A DNA stretch of 63,989 nt, filler included, from an uncultured bacterium (GTDB taxonomy: Bacteria; DAOPZR01), in the NCBI GenBank assembly GCA_964637655.1. It is 7 parts of 7 records of this genome, joined end to end, with 100 filler letters (N's around TTAATTAATTAA, not from the genome) between each part and the next. Parts side by side here need not be neighbours in the genome. Positions count along the whole stretch, not along the records: positions 19,997 to 29,783 come from CAZWUZ010000145.1; positions 29,884 to 39,524 come from CAZWUZ010000146.1; 5 more parts are not named here. One strand, given 5' to 3'. Under the pieces are notes generated by a model that was not told where the DNA came from, searched no databases, and worked only from the letters and a program-made list of their open reading frames with translations. Below, piece after piece: positions 19,998-30,128 of this stretch. Each line of letters begins with the position of its first letter. The stretch's first letter is position 1. Position numbers and translations under genes: made by a program.

Positions 19998-20798
19998 CCG
20001 CAGCTTGCTGTGGTGTCGCCGGGGGTCGCGTTGACTGACGGTGTTGGCATCGTCGTGTACGAAAGTCCGTCAGGGCGCGAGGTGCAGCGCATCACCAGTT
20101 GTCGTCCGCTCGCCATGTGGTTCGGGGAAGGCGATACGCTGCTGGTGTGCCGCGATGAAGATGCTCCGCTTCGCCTGGTGCGCTATCCCGCTGGCACCGT
20201 GGTCAAAACCGGGAACATGAAAACGGATTATCTGGTGTATAGCGACGGCTGCGAATTCGACGAATACAGCGAGTCGCAGTATCTGGCATACAGCAGCGAC
20301 GGAACAAAACTGCTGGCCGGTTTTCCCAATCGCACATGGCAGATATGGGACACGGCGCGGGGCGGCATACTGCGGGAACAGAATGCGGAATGGATCGAGC
20401 ATGCGGCCTTCAGCGGCGATGGTCAGCGCGTTGCCATAGTCAATGATCACGGCAAGGCATCTGTCTATTGCACGACCGGCAGACATGAACCGCAGGCGCT
20501 GGCTGTCGCACACGTGCCGCCGCAGTATGTCGCGCGTGATCAGACCGGTCAGATGGCCGCCGGGTTCACCCGGTACTACAATGTTCAGGAAGGTTCCTGG
20601 CTGCATACCATGGGGCGGTTGCTCAGCAGTCAGTTGTCGTTGTGGGATGTGCAGAGCGGGCAGCGCGTGGCGATGTTCAGTCCGCGGCGTGGCGTGGCGA
20701 TAACCTGCATGGCCGCCTGCGGCGGGCGCCTGGCCATCAGTTTTGCCGATGGCACCGTGGCCCTCTATGCCTTCGGCAGCGACCGGCATCGGGCGTGA
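19998..20798 (+). CDS. WD40-like beta-propeller protein (5' truncated)
   Basis: LAYSSDGTKLLAG...WQIWD, AAFSGDGQRVA, LSLWDVQSG, DGTVALY. Confidence 0.75.
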   Translation, partial: PQLAVVSPGVALTDGVGIVVYESPSGREVQRITSCRPLAMWFGEGDTLLVCRDEDAPLRLVRYPAGTVVKTGNMKTDYLVYSDGCEFDEYSESQYLAYSSDGTKLLAGFPNRTWQIWDTARGGILREQNAEWIEHAAFSGDGQRVAIVNDHGKASVYCTTGRHEPQALAVAHVPPQYVARDQTGQMAAGFTRYYNVQEGSWLHTMGRLLSSQLSLWDVQSGQRVAMFSPRRGVAITCMAACGGRLAISFADGTVALYAFGSDRHRA

Positions 20799-20851
20799 GG
20801 AATTGACCGTCAGGAACGGTGATGCTACGCTCGACATTGGAGGCAAGGCTG

Positions 20852-22456
20852 ATGCGTGGAATGCTCGTGCTCCTGATGCTGTTGTGGCTCGTCCTGCCGG
20901 CAGCGGCGGTCGAAATCGAAATCGTTGCGCCCGGCACGCAGGCCCGGGTGCGGCCCGACGAATTCAGCCCGTCCGTGCGCCTGCTGGGCACCGGCAAACG
21001 CTACGAGGTGCGCGAAGAGCGCAACGGATGGGTGCGTATCGAACTGTTCAGCGGCGATGCCGGGTGGGTGCCGCAGACCGCCATCCGCTACCGGCGTGGG
21101 ACACTCGCCTGCGTATTCGACCACGACCGCCCGGGCGCCGAATATATCCTTCCGACGCTGCAGCGTCTGACCGGCATCTTCTGCGAAGGGGCCGGACTCG
21201 ACTGTGTCGCCGACGGCGCACCAGCCGACGATACGCTCACCATCTCCGCGGCCGCGCGCGGACTTACTCGCGCCTACCGAGATGATGACCCGTGGTATAC
21301 CGGCGCGGCGCTCGACGGTGCAATCGCCCTGCCCGGCCTGCCGCGACAGACATGGCAGGGGATCCTGCCGGCCCCAACACGGTATGCACGCAGAGTACCA
21401 GTGGAGGAACTGCGCCGGCCGCAGCAGGCGCCCTACCGTGACGCGCTGGCCCGCTCGGACTATGTTGATGCCCTCCATACCTTGGTTGCCGCTCGGCACG
21501 GGCGCGCGGCAGCCGATGCCGGGCTGACCGCCGCGGTGCAGGCGCGTGAAGCCGAAGTGCGTATCGCCGCCCTGCTTGCGGCCAGTCGCCGGCAGGGAGA
21601 ACAGGCGACGGCCATCGTCGCTGCCGCTGTAGCGCAGGAAACGGAAACCCGGTCGCACGCAGCAGTGCTCTCTTTGCTCGGGGTATACGGCGGTGTGGCC
21701 GGACTGCCGGTGCTGATGGCCACGCTCGACGATACCCTGCCGCTGCGGCGCAGCGCGGCGCTCTCCGGACTGGGGGCCTGGACCAATCGACATGCTGACA
21801 GCGATCCGGCTGTCTGGCTCGCGTGGTGGACTGAGCGGCGACCGCTTTATGCGCCCGAACTGCTCGACCATGCGCCGGAACACGACACGCTGATGCGTGC
21901 CGGCGAGGCGGCGTACTGGCAGCAGGTGCAGGCGACGCCCGACATGCTCACCTGCCGCGATTTCCTCGCGGCGTTCCCGGAAAGCGCGCATGCCGCGGCG
22001 GCGCGCGAACTGCTTTGTGCGGCGGAATGGACGCGCGCGCTCCGTCTCGATGCCGCGCGCCATTACCGTGAGTATCTTGACCGCTGGCCCGGGACCACTC
22101 CTGCGGCGGAAGCGGAGCAGCATGCCATCAGCCGCGAGGTGGACGACATCTTCGCCGGCTACCACCGGCGCTGGGCGCCCCCCAAACGCATCGCGCCGGC
22201 CCCGTCTCCCGGCCGCTCGCGCTTCATTGTGGTCAACGAATCGGACTATGTGCTGACGGTGCGCTGCACCGGCGCAGGCACGGCGACCTTCGCCCGCCTC
22301 GCCCCGCATGACCGCGTTACCTGGGAATTTCCTGATGGCGAATACCGTGTCACCGGCAGCGTCAGCGAACCGTTTGCCGCAAACTATGCCGGACTGGTGC
22401 CGCTCTACGACGGAACCTTTCGCGACCGCATCGGTTTCCGCCCGGTGGAGCGCTGA
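20852..22456 (+). CDS. Secreted SH3 + HEAT-like repeat multidomain protein
   Basis: Signal peptide; SH3-like ARVRPD...YEVREERNGWVRIE...GWVP; HEAT-like helices; FLAAFPES and YLDRWPG repeats. Confidence 0.65.
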   Translation: MRGMLVLLMLLWLVLPAAAVEIEIVAPGTQARVRPDEFSPSVRLLGTGKRYEVREERNGWVRIELFSGDAGWVPQTAIRYRRGTLACVFDHDRPGAEYILPTLQRLTGIFCEGAGLDCVADGAPADDTLTISAAARGLTRAYRDDDPWYTGAALDGAIALPGLPRQTWQGILPAPTRYARRVPVEELRRPQQAPYRDALARSDYVDALHTLVAARHGRAAADAGLTAAVQAREAEVRIAALLAASRRQGEQATAIVAAAVAQETETRSHAAVLSLLGVYGGVAGLPVLMATLDDTLPLRRSAALSGLGAWTNRHADSDPAVWLAWWTERRPLYAPELLDHAPEHDTLMRAGEAAYWQQVQATPDMLTCRDFLAAFPESAHAAAARELLCAAEWTRALRLDAARHYREYLDRWPGTTPAAEAEQHAISREVDDIFAGYHRRWAPPKRIAPAPSPGRSRFIVVNESDYVLTVRCTGAGTATFARLAPHDRVTWEFPDGEYRVTGSVSEPFAANYAGLVPLYDGTFRDRIGFRPVER

Positions 22457-22603
22457 CACGCGCCACGTGGTTTAGTGCCGGGCGCGTTGGCCTTCCATAT
22501 TCAACCACAGTTCGAATGCTCGCCCATCTTTGTTGAGGAAGTTCGCTGATGCAGCTGTGCTGGAGTGTTTGACAAAAATCCGGTTGAAAACGACAATGGC
22601 CGC

Positions 22604-23197
22604 ATGACGCTGACAGGCGGTGTCGCCAACTGCATCCGGGCCCGCTATGACGATACCACCGTACGTGTCTATCAGGCCTACCCGCCGGCAATCGCTGACC
22701 CGGCACTGCGCGCGCAGCGTTTCGTGCCGCCGTTCCTGCTTACCCGGATGACCTGGATCAAGACCTCGTTTTTCTGGATGATGTACCGCTCCGGCTGGGC
22801 CGGGAAACCCGGGCAGGAGCGCATCCTCGCCATCGACATCATGCGGTCGGGTTTTGACTGGTGCCTTGCCCGGGCGCAGCATTCACAATATCGACCGGAA
22901 TCCGGATTGTCGCGGGAGCAATGGCGGAACCGGTTCCGCCAGAGCCCGGTGCGCGTGCAATGGGATCCGGAACGCGACCGGCATCTGCACCGTCTGCCGG
23001 TTCGTGCCATCCAACTCGGCCTGCGCGGTGAGGCCATCCACCGCTACGCGGCAGAATGGACGGTTAGCATCAGCGATATCACAGTGCTGGCACAGCAGGT
23101 GCGCGATGATGCTTCAGGAACACTGGCGGCGGAGATAACCGCTCGGGAAACTGTATATCCCGTCTCTGTCGACGCGCAGGAGGTCTTGCAATCATGA
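22604..23197 (+). CDS. DUF4291 family protein
   Basis: IRARYDDTTVRVYQAY, RMTWIKTSFFWMMYRSGW, VRVQWDPERD, AIQLGL. Promoter TTGACA-N17-GACAAT ends 6 nt before the ATG. Confidence 0.88.
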   Translation: MTLTGGVANCIRARYDDTTVRVYQAYPPAIADPALRAQRFVPPFLLTRMTWIKTSFFWMMYRSGWAGKPGQERILAIDIMRSGFDWCLARAQHSQYRPESGLSREQWRNRFRQSPVRVQWDPERDRHLHRLPVRAIQLGLRGEAIHRYAAEWTVSISDITVLAQQVRDDASGTLAAEITARETVYPVSVDAQEVLQS

Positions 23198-23483
23198 ATC
23201 ACGTCGTCAGCGGGGAGAGGACTAGGCAACGCCCTGAGGTGGCAGCGCGTGCGGCAGGTACGCAAAGGGGCGGCAGTGTCTGTCTACGACTTTTGAACGG
23301 GGGTATCTCGTTGGTACGACTGCGGGGCTGGGTGGGAGTCAGGGAACGCTCAATATACGGCATGTCTGGGAACAGCGTCAGCAGGGGGGCATCAGCAACT
23401 ATTTCCGGCAAGTGGTGCTGCTTTGGTCTGCTATTATGCGGGCACACACTACTGAGTCGCGCAAGCGGAAGGGGAGGACTGCT

Positions 23484-24143
23484 GTGAAATGGACAGGGGT
23501 GTTGCTGGTGGCGGTGCTGGCGGCAGGATGCGGCACAGGGAACGAACAGACGCGGTCGCCGACCACGAGCGTGCCGGGAGAATCACCCGCGGTGTACGAA
23601 CCGGGCACGGTGGAAGCGCATGAAGTGTATGTGCTCAACGCTGACACGCGCGACGTTGCCCAACCGGGAATCATCGAGGGCATGGTGTCGGTCAGATTTG
23701 TCACTGATGCCCGCGGCAACGTCGTGCGCCTGCCGTCCGGGCGACCACTCATCATGCACGAGGATGTCATGCGCGATATAGCGCGAGCGAATTTGCAGCA
23801 GAACTACGCGCGCTACATGGAAGGAACGGTGGTCGAAGGGGTATCGATGGCAACGGCGGAATACCTGCGCAACTACCTGAACGAACCGGAGGTCGTCGCC
23901 TATCAGCAGAACATCTACCGGGTCGCGTTCAAGCAGCGGTTGCCGGCGCTGCGCGAACGGGAGTGGGTGCTGCAGGGAAATCTGCTGACCGTGCGTGCAG
24001 ATGTGCGGCCGCAGGCGAGGGAGGTGGCTGAGTCGGCGTCACTTGAAGCGTTGCAGGCGGCGGTCCGCACGGGGCGCGTTGACCGCGATGACGCGACGGC
24101 ATTCATTGAACGTACGCTTCGCGAAATGGGACTGCAACCGTGA
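23484..24143 (+). CDS. Hypothetical lipoprotein
   Basis: GTG start after GGGGAGG; lipobox LAAG-C. Confidence 0.7.
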   Translation: MKWTGVLLVAVLAAGCGTGNEQTRSPTTSVPGESPAVYEPGTVEAHEVYVLNADTRDVAQPGIIEGMVSVRFVTDARGNVVRLPSGRPLIMHEDVMRDIARANLQQNYARYMEGTVVEGVSMATAEYLRNYLNEPEVVAYQQNIYRVAFKQRLPALREREWVLQGNLLTVRADVRPQAREVAESASLEALQAAVRTGRVDRDDATAFIERTLREMGLQP

Positions 24144-24295
24144 TTGCGCGGACGTGGTGTGCGGGTTTACGGCGGGATCGTTAGCCGCGGAGGAATCGGG
24201 GGGAGTGGCGTTCAGTGCTGGTGGCTGAATTGGCGTGTTTTCATACAGAGGTTTCACATTGAACACCTCCGGCCAAAAGCACTCACTGTTTTGAG

Positions 24296-24643
24296 GTGAC
24301 GTATGGATGGCAGACAGCGCAGGAGATGATCAGGGAAATTCGCGACCTTACAGGCACGGATGATGAGCTGGGCGAATTATGGTGTGAGGTCAGCCGCGCG
24401 GCGGTGCGCTATGCTCATATCCGCGCGCAGTGGCGGTTTTGGCCACTGGAAGAACGGCAGGAGCGCGATGCAGAGCGGACACGTGCGCATGACGCGCTTA
24501 TCAGTTGCGTGAATGCTCTGGCACGAGCCATGACCGGGGCGGGGATGAGCGTGGGTTGGCGGGAACGCCTCGGCACTGACCGCAAGGAAATCGGCGATTT
24601 TGCCTGCCACCTGACCTGCATACTCGGCCTCGAGGCACGCTGA
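24296..24643 (+). CDS. DUF3232-like protein
   Basis: AVRYAHIR...D.ERTRAHDALIS.VNALAR...DRKEIGDFAC. Confidence 0.65.
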   Translation: MTYGWQTAQEMIREIRDLTGTDDELGELWCEVSRAAVRYAHIRAQWRFWPLEERQERDAERTRAHDALISCVNALARAMTGAGMSVGWRERLGTDRKEIGDFACHLTCILGLEAR

Positions 24644-24654
24644 TGCGTAGTGTT

Positions 24655-24683
24655 TTGACACTGTCGGGGCAGGGTGCTACCAT
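24655..24683 (+). promoter_or_regulatory. Sigma70 promoter for the PilZ-PilT gene
   Basis: TTGACA-N17-TACCAT with extended TG; SD AAGGAGG before the ATG at 24710. Confidence 0.7.
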
Positions 24684-24709
24684 GTTTGCCGGTGGACAAG
24701 GAGGACGGC

Positions 24710-26083
24710 ATGCCGGCACATGAACGACGGGTGGCACAGCGGCTGTATACGCCGCTGGCGGTGACGCTGCACTGGCAGAGTCCGCACGGCAAGGAAGTGC
24801 AGCACGACGCGCAGGCCATCGACCTGAGCGTGACAGGGATGTCGCTCAGTTGCCGCGAGACGCTGGCGTTGCGCAGCCGCGTGCAGGTGGAGTTCACCGT
24901 CCCGCGCCTGGAGAAGAGACTGGAACTGGCGGCGGAGGTGGTGCGCGCGGAGTGCCACGCGGCGAAGAAGGAATGCGAACTGGGGTTGCAGTTCGCCGCG
25001 CTCCCCGAGATGGCGAAGCAGGCGCTGCACGAGTACGTGACGCGGCTGGCCATCGGGCCGCTGCTGGAAGAGGCGATTGCCCGCAAGGCCTCTGACCTGC
25101 ACCTGCTGGCCGACCATCCCCCGATGCTGCGCATCAACGGCATCCTCGAACCGCTGAACACGAAGATCATTCCCGCGGACGATATTCCGCCCATGCTCTT
25201 TTCGCTCCTCTCGCACGAGCAGGTGCAGCAGTTCGAGCGGAGCAAGGAACTCGACACGGGCATCCAGTACGACGCGCGCCATCGTTTCCGGCTCAACGTC
25301 CACCAGCAGCGCGGCATGGTCGAAGCGGCGTTCCGCGTCATCAACCCGTCGCTGGCGTCGTTCGACGAACTGCGCCTGCCTGACGTCATCGGCAAACTAT
25401 GCGACCTGCGCGAGGGGCTGGTGCTGGTGACGGGTCCGACGGGCTCGGGCAAGACGACCACTATCGCGGCGATGGTCGAGCATATCAACCGGGCGCGGCA
25501 GGAGGTCATCATCACCCTCGAACGCCCCATCGAGTACCTGCACGCCAACGCGCAGTCGCTGATCAAGCAGCGCGAGGTGGGGATCGACACCCACTCGTTC
25601 GCGGCGGCGCTCAAGGCGTCGCTGCGGCAGGACCCGGACATAATCGTCATCGGCGAACTGGACGACGCGGAGACGGTGCGCACGGCCATCGTCGCGGCGG
25701 AGACGGGGTACCTGGTCATCGCCAGTTTCCACGCGCCCAACACGCTGCAGGCCATCGACCGGTTCGCGGCGATGTTCCCGCCCGAGACGCGCAAGCAGTC
25801 GCTGGCGCAACTGGCGCAGGCGCTGCGCGCGGTGGTGGCGCAACTGCTGCTGCCGCGCAGCGACGGCACGGGGCGGGTGCTGGCAAGCGAGGTGCTGACG
25901 GTGACACCCGCGGTGCGGCGCATCATCCGCAGCGACGAGCTCTACCGGCTGCCCAATGTCATCCAGACCGGGGCGCAGTACAGTATGCTGCCAATGGCCG
26001 ATTCGCTCAAGGCGCTGGTCGACGCGGAACTGATCGACGCGGAACTGGCCACCGCCTACCGCAACGAGTTTTCCCCCGCCTGA
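24710..26083 (+). CDS. PilZ-domain / PilT-type type IV pilus retraction ATPase fusion
   Basis: PilZ motifs ERRVAQR (RxxxR) and DLSVTG (DxSxxG); PilT motifs ASDLHL, GPTGSGKTT, QREVG, LRQDPDIIVIGE. Confidence 0.9.
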   Translation: MPAHERRVAQRLYTPLAVTLHWQSPHGKEVQHDAQAIDLSVTGMSLSCRETLALRSRVQVEFTVPRLEKRLELAAEVVRAECHAAKKECELGLQFAALPEMAKQALHEYVTRLAIGPLLEEAIARKASDLHLLADHPPMLRINGILEPLNTKIIPADDIPPMLFSLLSHEQVQQFERSKELDTGIQYDARHRFRLNVHQQRGMVEAAFRVINPSLASFDELRLPDVIGKLCDLREGLVLVTGPTGSGKTTTIAAMVEHINRARQEVIITLERPIEYLHANAQSLIKQREVGIDTHSFAAALKASLRQDPDIIVIGELDDAETVRTAIVAAETGYLVIASFHAPNTLQAIDRFAAMFPPETRKQSLAQLAQALRAVVAQLLLPRSDGTGRVLASEVLTVTPAVRRIIRSDELYRLPNVIQTGAQYSMLPMADSLKALVDAELIDAELATAYRNEFSPA

Positions 26084-26084
26084 C

Positions 26085-27140
26085 ATGACTACGATCGCGG
26101 TTGACGCGTCGTGGCTGCAGGAGCATGGCGCGGGCATCCAGCAGTACACGGAGCACCTGCTGAGCGCCTGTGCGGCGGCCTATCCCGACGACCGCATCCT
26201 GCAGTGCAACCCGTCGGCGGCGCGACTGGACCTGGCAACGCTGCGGGTGCCGTATGGCAGGTCGCTGCCGATGCGGTTGCTGCATCACCGCCTGCTGCTG
26301 CCGCGCGCGCTGAGGCGTGCAGGAGTTGACTGGTATTTCGCCCCGAACTTCGTCACCTACGCGTCGCTCCCGCCGGGTTGCCGGCTGGCGCTGCTCATCC
26401 CCGATACTGCCTACCTGCGCCACCCGGAGTGGTGCGATGCGGCGCATGCGGCAGCGCTGCGCGAGCAGGTACCGCGCTGCCTGGAAAAGGCAGCAGCGGT
26501 TATCACCATCTCGACCGGGGTGGCGGATGCATTACGTGATGCCTACCCGGCATATCGCGGCGCGCTGACGGTTATTGAACCGGCGGTGAGCGTGCCGCCG
26601 CCAGCAGCAGACGATGACACGGCAACACTCGGCCGTCTTGGCCTGCAGCGTGGCGATTTTGTCCTCGGCGTGGGGACGCGCGAACCGCGCAAGGACTGGC
26701 CTTTGGCGGTCGCGGGGTTCTGCGCGTACCGCAATAGTGGCGGCAGCGTCGGGCACCTGGTCATTGCCGGTGGCGAGGGGTGGGGCGACGACGCGCAGCG
26801 GCAGCCGCGCGGCGAAGGGGTTGTCCTTGCCGGAACAGTGAGCGAAGCGGAGAAGTGGGCGCTCTACCGCAATGCGGCGGCATACCTCTCGACCAGTCAC
26901 TACGAAGGGTACGGCATGCCGCTGGCGGAGGCGATTGCCTGCGGCCTGCCGGCAGCAGCGGTACCGGCTGGCGGTGCCACCGGCACGTTGACCGGGCACT
27001 TCACCCCCATCACCGCCCGCACGCCGGAAGCAGTCGCGACTGCACTGCACGAATGCCTGCGGCAGCAGCGCCGTGAACCGCCAACGTTGCGCACCTGGAT
27101 GCAGGCCGCAGCGGAATTGCGTCAAGTTCTTCACCGCTGA
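26085..27140 (+). CDS. Glycosyltransferase family 4 (GT-B)
   Basis: GIQQY, VGTREPRK, SHYEGYGMPLAEAIACGLP (ExxxxxxxE). Confidence 0.9.
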   Translation: MTTIAVDASWLQEHGAGIQQYTEHLLSACAAAYPDDRILQCNPSAARLDLATLRVPYGRSLPMRLLHHRLLLPRALRRAGVDWYFAPNFVTYASLPPGCRLALLIPDTAYLRHPEWCDAAHAAALREQVPRCLEKAAAVITISTGVADALRDAYPAYRGALTVIEPAVSVPPPAADDDTATLGRLGLQRGDFVLGVGTREPRKDWPLAVAGFCAYRNSGGSVGHLVIAGGEGWGDDAQRQPRGEGVVLAGTVSEAEKWALYRNAAAYLSTSHYEGYGMPLAEAIACGLPAAAVPAGGATGTLTGHFTPITARTPEAVATALHECLRQQRREPPTLRTWMQAAAELRQVLHR

Positions 27141-27151
27141 ACGGGTCCTGT

Positions 27152-27225
27152 TGTCACACCCGAAATGTGGGATCGGGTGTCCAGTCAGAAAAAATGGATT
27201 CCCGATACGGACCTCGGGAATGACA
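27152..27225. repeat. Intergenic palindromic repeat (TGTCA...TCCA / TGGATTCCCG...CGGGAATGACA)
   Basis: Two nested hairpins flanked by TGTCA/TGACA inverted ends, between convergent genes. Confidence 0.6.
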
Positions 27226-27239
27226 GCAACGGAGAGGGT

Positions 27240-27884
27240 CTACTGCTGTTCGACTCCGGTCAGCCAGATGATCTCGCAGGAACCGTCGCCGGTATCGGTG
27301 CGCGAGCGCGAGGTGCGCCAGATGAACCCGTTGGGCACGCCCGTCTCCTCGATGTCAATGAGAAATCCGGTCAGGCGGATGGTGCCCCCCTCGTCGAGGC
27401 GGCGCACGGCGTCAGCCACGCGCGTGTCGGCGGGGAGGATGTGGTTGTTGCTGGAGTTGGCGACGATGAAGTCGTTGCCGCCCGGGACATCGTCAACATC
27501 GTAGCTCCACCAGTACCAGCGGCCGCTTTGCGACCAGTTGATATTCCGCCACGCCTGACGGGTGACCATTTCGCCAAAGACCAGCGCGATATCGCACGGG
27601 GCGAGTGCCGCGCCGCGGTCGCTGCTATACGTTTCGATGCCGACTATGATGCCGGTAACAGTGTATTCCGCAACCTTCGTGATACGGTGCGCGATATCGT
27701 CGCGCACGAGTGAAAAGAATTCAGGTTGCGGCAGATCGCGCTGCAGCGGGCGCGCTGACGGGTCAAGGCGCGGCGGGGCGGCGACAGGTTGACTGGCAGT
27801 GTCAGAGGCGTGCGGCGGCGCGGTGGCGGTGCCGCGGCAGGCAAGCAGGAGGAGCAGCGTTGCGGCAGCGGCAATCAGGCGCAT
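27240..27884 (-). CDS. Hypothetical lipoprotein
   Basis: Lipobox LLLA-C; APCDIALVFG, WSQSGRWY, SSNNHILPA, WRTSRSRTDTGDGSCE. Confidence 0.7.
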   Translation of the reverse strand: MRLIAAAATLLLLLACRGTATAPPHASDTASQPVAAPPRLDPSARPLQRDLPQPEFFSLVRDDIAHRITKVAEYTVTGIIVGIETYSSDRGAALAPCDIALVFGEMVTRQAWRNINWSQSGRWYWWSYDVDDVPGGNDFIVANSSNNHILPADTRVADAVRRLDEGGTIRLTGFLIDIEETGVPNGFIWRTSRSRTDTGDGSCEIIWLTGVEQQ

Positions 27885-28402
27885 GGCGGGGGCAGGAAGG
27901 CCGGGGCGGACTCACCGCCCGGCACCGGGTAGGTGCAGATGTCGTTGTAGAGGTCGGTGAGGCGCTGACGATGGCTGTCGATTTCCTGTTCGTTGAGACG
28001 CAATTGTTCGAGAATGGGCGGCAGTTGTGCCATTTTGCGCAGACGCTCCTGCGATTCGAGCAGCGCATCGATGCGCTGCTTGAGGTATTCCATGCGGCTG
28101 ACGATGGCGACAAACGATTCGCGGCTGAGCCCGTCGCGGCAGCGCGCGACATGGTCATGGGCAAGACGCGCCAGCTGGCGGGTGAAACGGTCGGCGTGCG
28201 GATCGTCGATGACCTGCCGGACCTCCTGCAGCAGGGCCTGATTGAGATTGCAGGAGGAGACATACCCCTTCCGCCGGAGGATGGCGCCGAGCAGCGGGGC
28301 GGCTTCCCCCTGCTCGCGCTGCTCGCGCACGGCGTCCGCCAGCTGCTCCTCGCTGAGGCAGCCCAGTTCGATAAGAATTTCGCCAATGCGCTTGCGTACC
28401 AT
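27875..28402 (-). CDS. Stand-alone MshEN-type (c-di-GMP-binding) domain protein
   Basis: RIGEILIELGCLSEEQLADAV...LLGAILRRKGYVS..LNQAL (tandem MshEN motif) plus coiled coil. Start set 8 nt after TGcTATACC. Confidence 0.75.
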   Translation of the reverse strand: MVRKRIGEILIELGCLSEEQLADAVREQREQGEAAPLLGAILRRKGYVSSCNLNQALLQEVRQVIDDPHADRFTRQLARLAHDHVARCRDGLSRESFVAIVSRMEYLKQRIDALLESQERLRKMAQLPPILEQLRLNEQEIDSHRQRLTDLYNDICTYPVPGGESAPAFLPPPCA

Positions 28403-28440
28403 ACCCGCGTGGTATAGCATCCGCGACGACGATGGGCAAG

Positions 28441-28469
28441 TTGACAGCGGCAGGATGAAGGCATACAAT
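28441..28469 (+). promoter_or_regulatory. Sigma70 promoter for the NUDIX gene
   Basis: TTGACA-N17-TACAAT; SD GGAGG. Confidence 0.75.
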
Positions 28470-28485
28470 CGGTGTGGGAGGAGCT

Positions 28486-28875
28486 ATGAAAACAGTAACT
28501 GCGGCCATACTGCGCGATGACGCGGGACGCATCCTCATCGCCCGGCGTGCGCCTGACGAGAGCAATGCGGGGATGTGGGAGTTTCCCGGCGGCAAGCTGG
28601 AACCGGCGGAAACGCCCGAAGCGGGCCTGGCGCGCGAACTGCACGAGGAGTTCGGGATCGAGGCCGCCATCGGCGCCTTCTACGCCGAGAGCATCTACCA
28701 CTACGAACATGGCAGCATCCGGCTCATCGCCTATGACGCGCGTATCACGCGCGGCGAGCCGCGCCCGGTGGTGCATGATCAGCTTGCCTGGGTGAGCGCA
28801 GCGCAGATGCGCGACTACACCTTCTCGCCGGCGGACCTCCCGTGTGTCGATCAACTGCAGGGGAGAGACGGCTGA
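28486..28875 (+). CDS. MutT/NudG-like NUDIX hydrolase
   Basis: WEFPGGKLEPAETPEAGLARELHEEFG (Nudix box); PAD at the C-terminus. Confidence 0.92.
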   Translation: MKTVTAAILRDDAGRILIARRAPDESNAGMWEFPGGKLEPAETPEAGLARELHEEFGIEAAIGAFYAESIYHYEHGSIRLIAYDARITRGEPRPVVHDQLAWVSAAQMRDYTFSPADLPCVDQLQGRDG

Positions 28876-29783
28876 TGGTACGGGGCCGGCACGCGCTTGG
28901 CACGCTGCTGGTCCTGCTGCTCGCGGTTTCGCCGGCCGCGGCGCGCGACGTGCGGCAGGTGCGCCACCCCGTCACCGGCGCAACCGTCGCGGCGACAGAC
29001 GAGGTGGTCATCACCTGGCGCGACGGTGCGGACGCGACGCGACGCGGGCGGGCGCTGGGGCGCGAAAACCTGCAGGCGGGACGGCAGTTCGCCCGCGGGC
29101 GCCATCAGCGGGTGCGGGCAGCCAGCGGGCAGGATATCGACCGCCTGCTCGAACGTCTGCGGCGCGACCCGGATGTCCTCACGGCGGAACCCGATTACCT
29201 CGCGCGGCAGGCGTTGACCTTCAGCGATCCGCTGTCGGCAAAACAGTGGCAGTTTGCCGGCATTCATCTCCCCGGCGCATGGGACCTGACCACCGGCAGC
29301 CCGGACGTCATTATCGCCATCATCGACAGCGGGCTCGACCTGACGCATCCCGACGTTGCCGGACAGTTCATCACGGGCTTCGACTATGTCAATGACGACG
29401 CTGACCCGACAGACGACAACGGGCACGGCACGCTGGTGGCCGGGCTGGCGGCGGCGGGAGTGAACGGCACCGGGATTACCGGCGCGGCGCCGCGCAGCCG
29501 GCTGCTGATACAGAAGGTGATCGCGGCGGACGGCAGCGCGAGTTATGCTGACGTGGCGGAAGCCATCGTCGCGGCAGCGGATGCCGGGGCGCGGGTTATC
29601 AACCTGAGCATCTGCGGTTATGCGTCCGCGGACTACCTGCAGGCGGCAGTCGATTACGCGGTCGCCCGCGGCTGCGTCCTCGTCGCGGCGGCCGGCAACG
29701 ACCACCGCAGCGACCCGGTCTACCCCGCGGCGTGCAGCGGAGTCATCGGTGTGGCGGCACTCGAAGTCGAGGACCTCATCGCC
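28875..29783 (+). CDS. S8 subtilisin-like serine protease (3' truncated)
   Basis: Signal peptide, propeptide, IAIIDSG (Asp), NGHGT (His), AAAGN (oxyanion Asn), YPAA. Confidence 0.92.
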
Positions 29784-29883
29784 NNNNNNNNNNNNNNNNN
29801 NNNNNNNNNNNNNNNNNNNNNNNNNNNTTAATTAATTAANNNNNNNNNNNNNNNNNNNNNNNNNNNNNNNNNNNNNNNNNNNN
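29784..29883. other. Artificial contig linker
   Basis: N run with TTAATTAATTAA. Confidence 0.99.
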
Positions 29884-30126
29884 CAGCCGCTGCAGCTGGG
29901 CCATGCGCTTTTCCAGCCGCGGACGGTGGGCGCTCCCCGGGGGGAGGAGCGGCAGCAGACGCTGCCAGCAGAGCATTGCCTCGCGATAGTACTTTCCCTG
30001 CTCGGCAGCCAGCGCGCGCCGCATCAGTTCCTCGACCTGCGCGCGGTACAGATACGCCCCGCAGGCGGCGCAGGTGACCGCCGTGCCGCGCACCGCCTGC
30101 CCGCAGGCAGGGCACTGTGCCGCCAC
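29884..30126 (-). CDS. Zinc-ribbon protein (3' truncated)
   Basis: CPACG...CAACG followed by a TPR-like helix; 2 bp downstream of the SprA-like gene. Confidence 0.6.
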
Positions 30127-30128
30127 GG

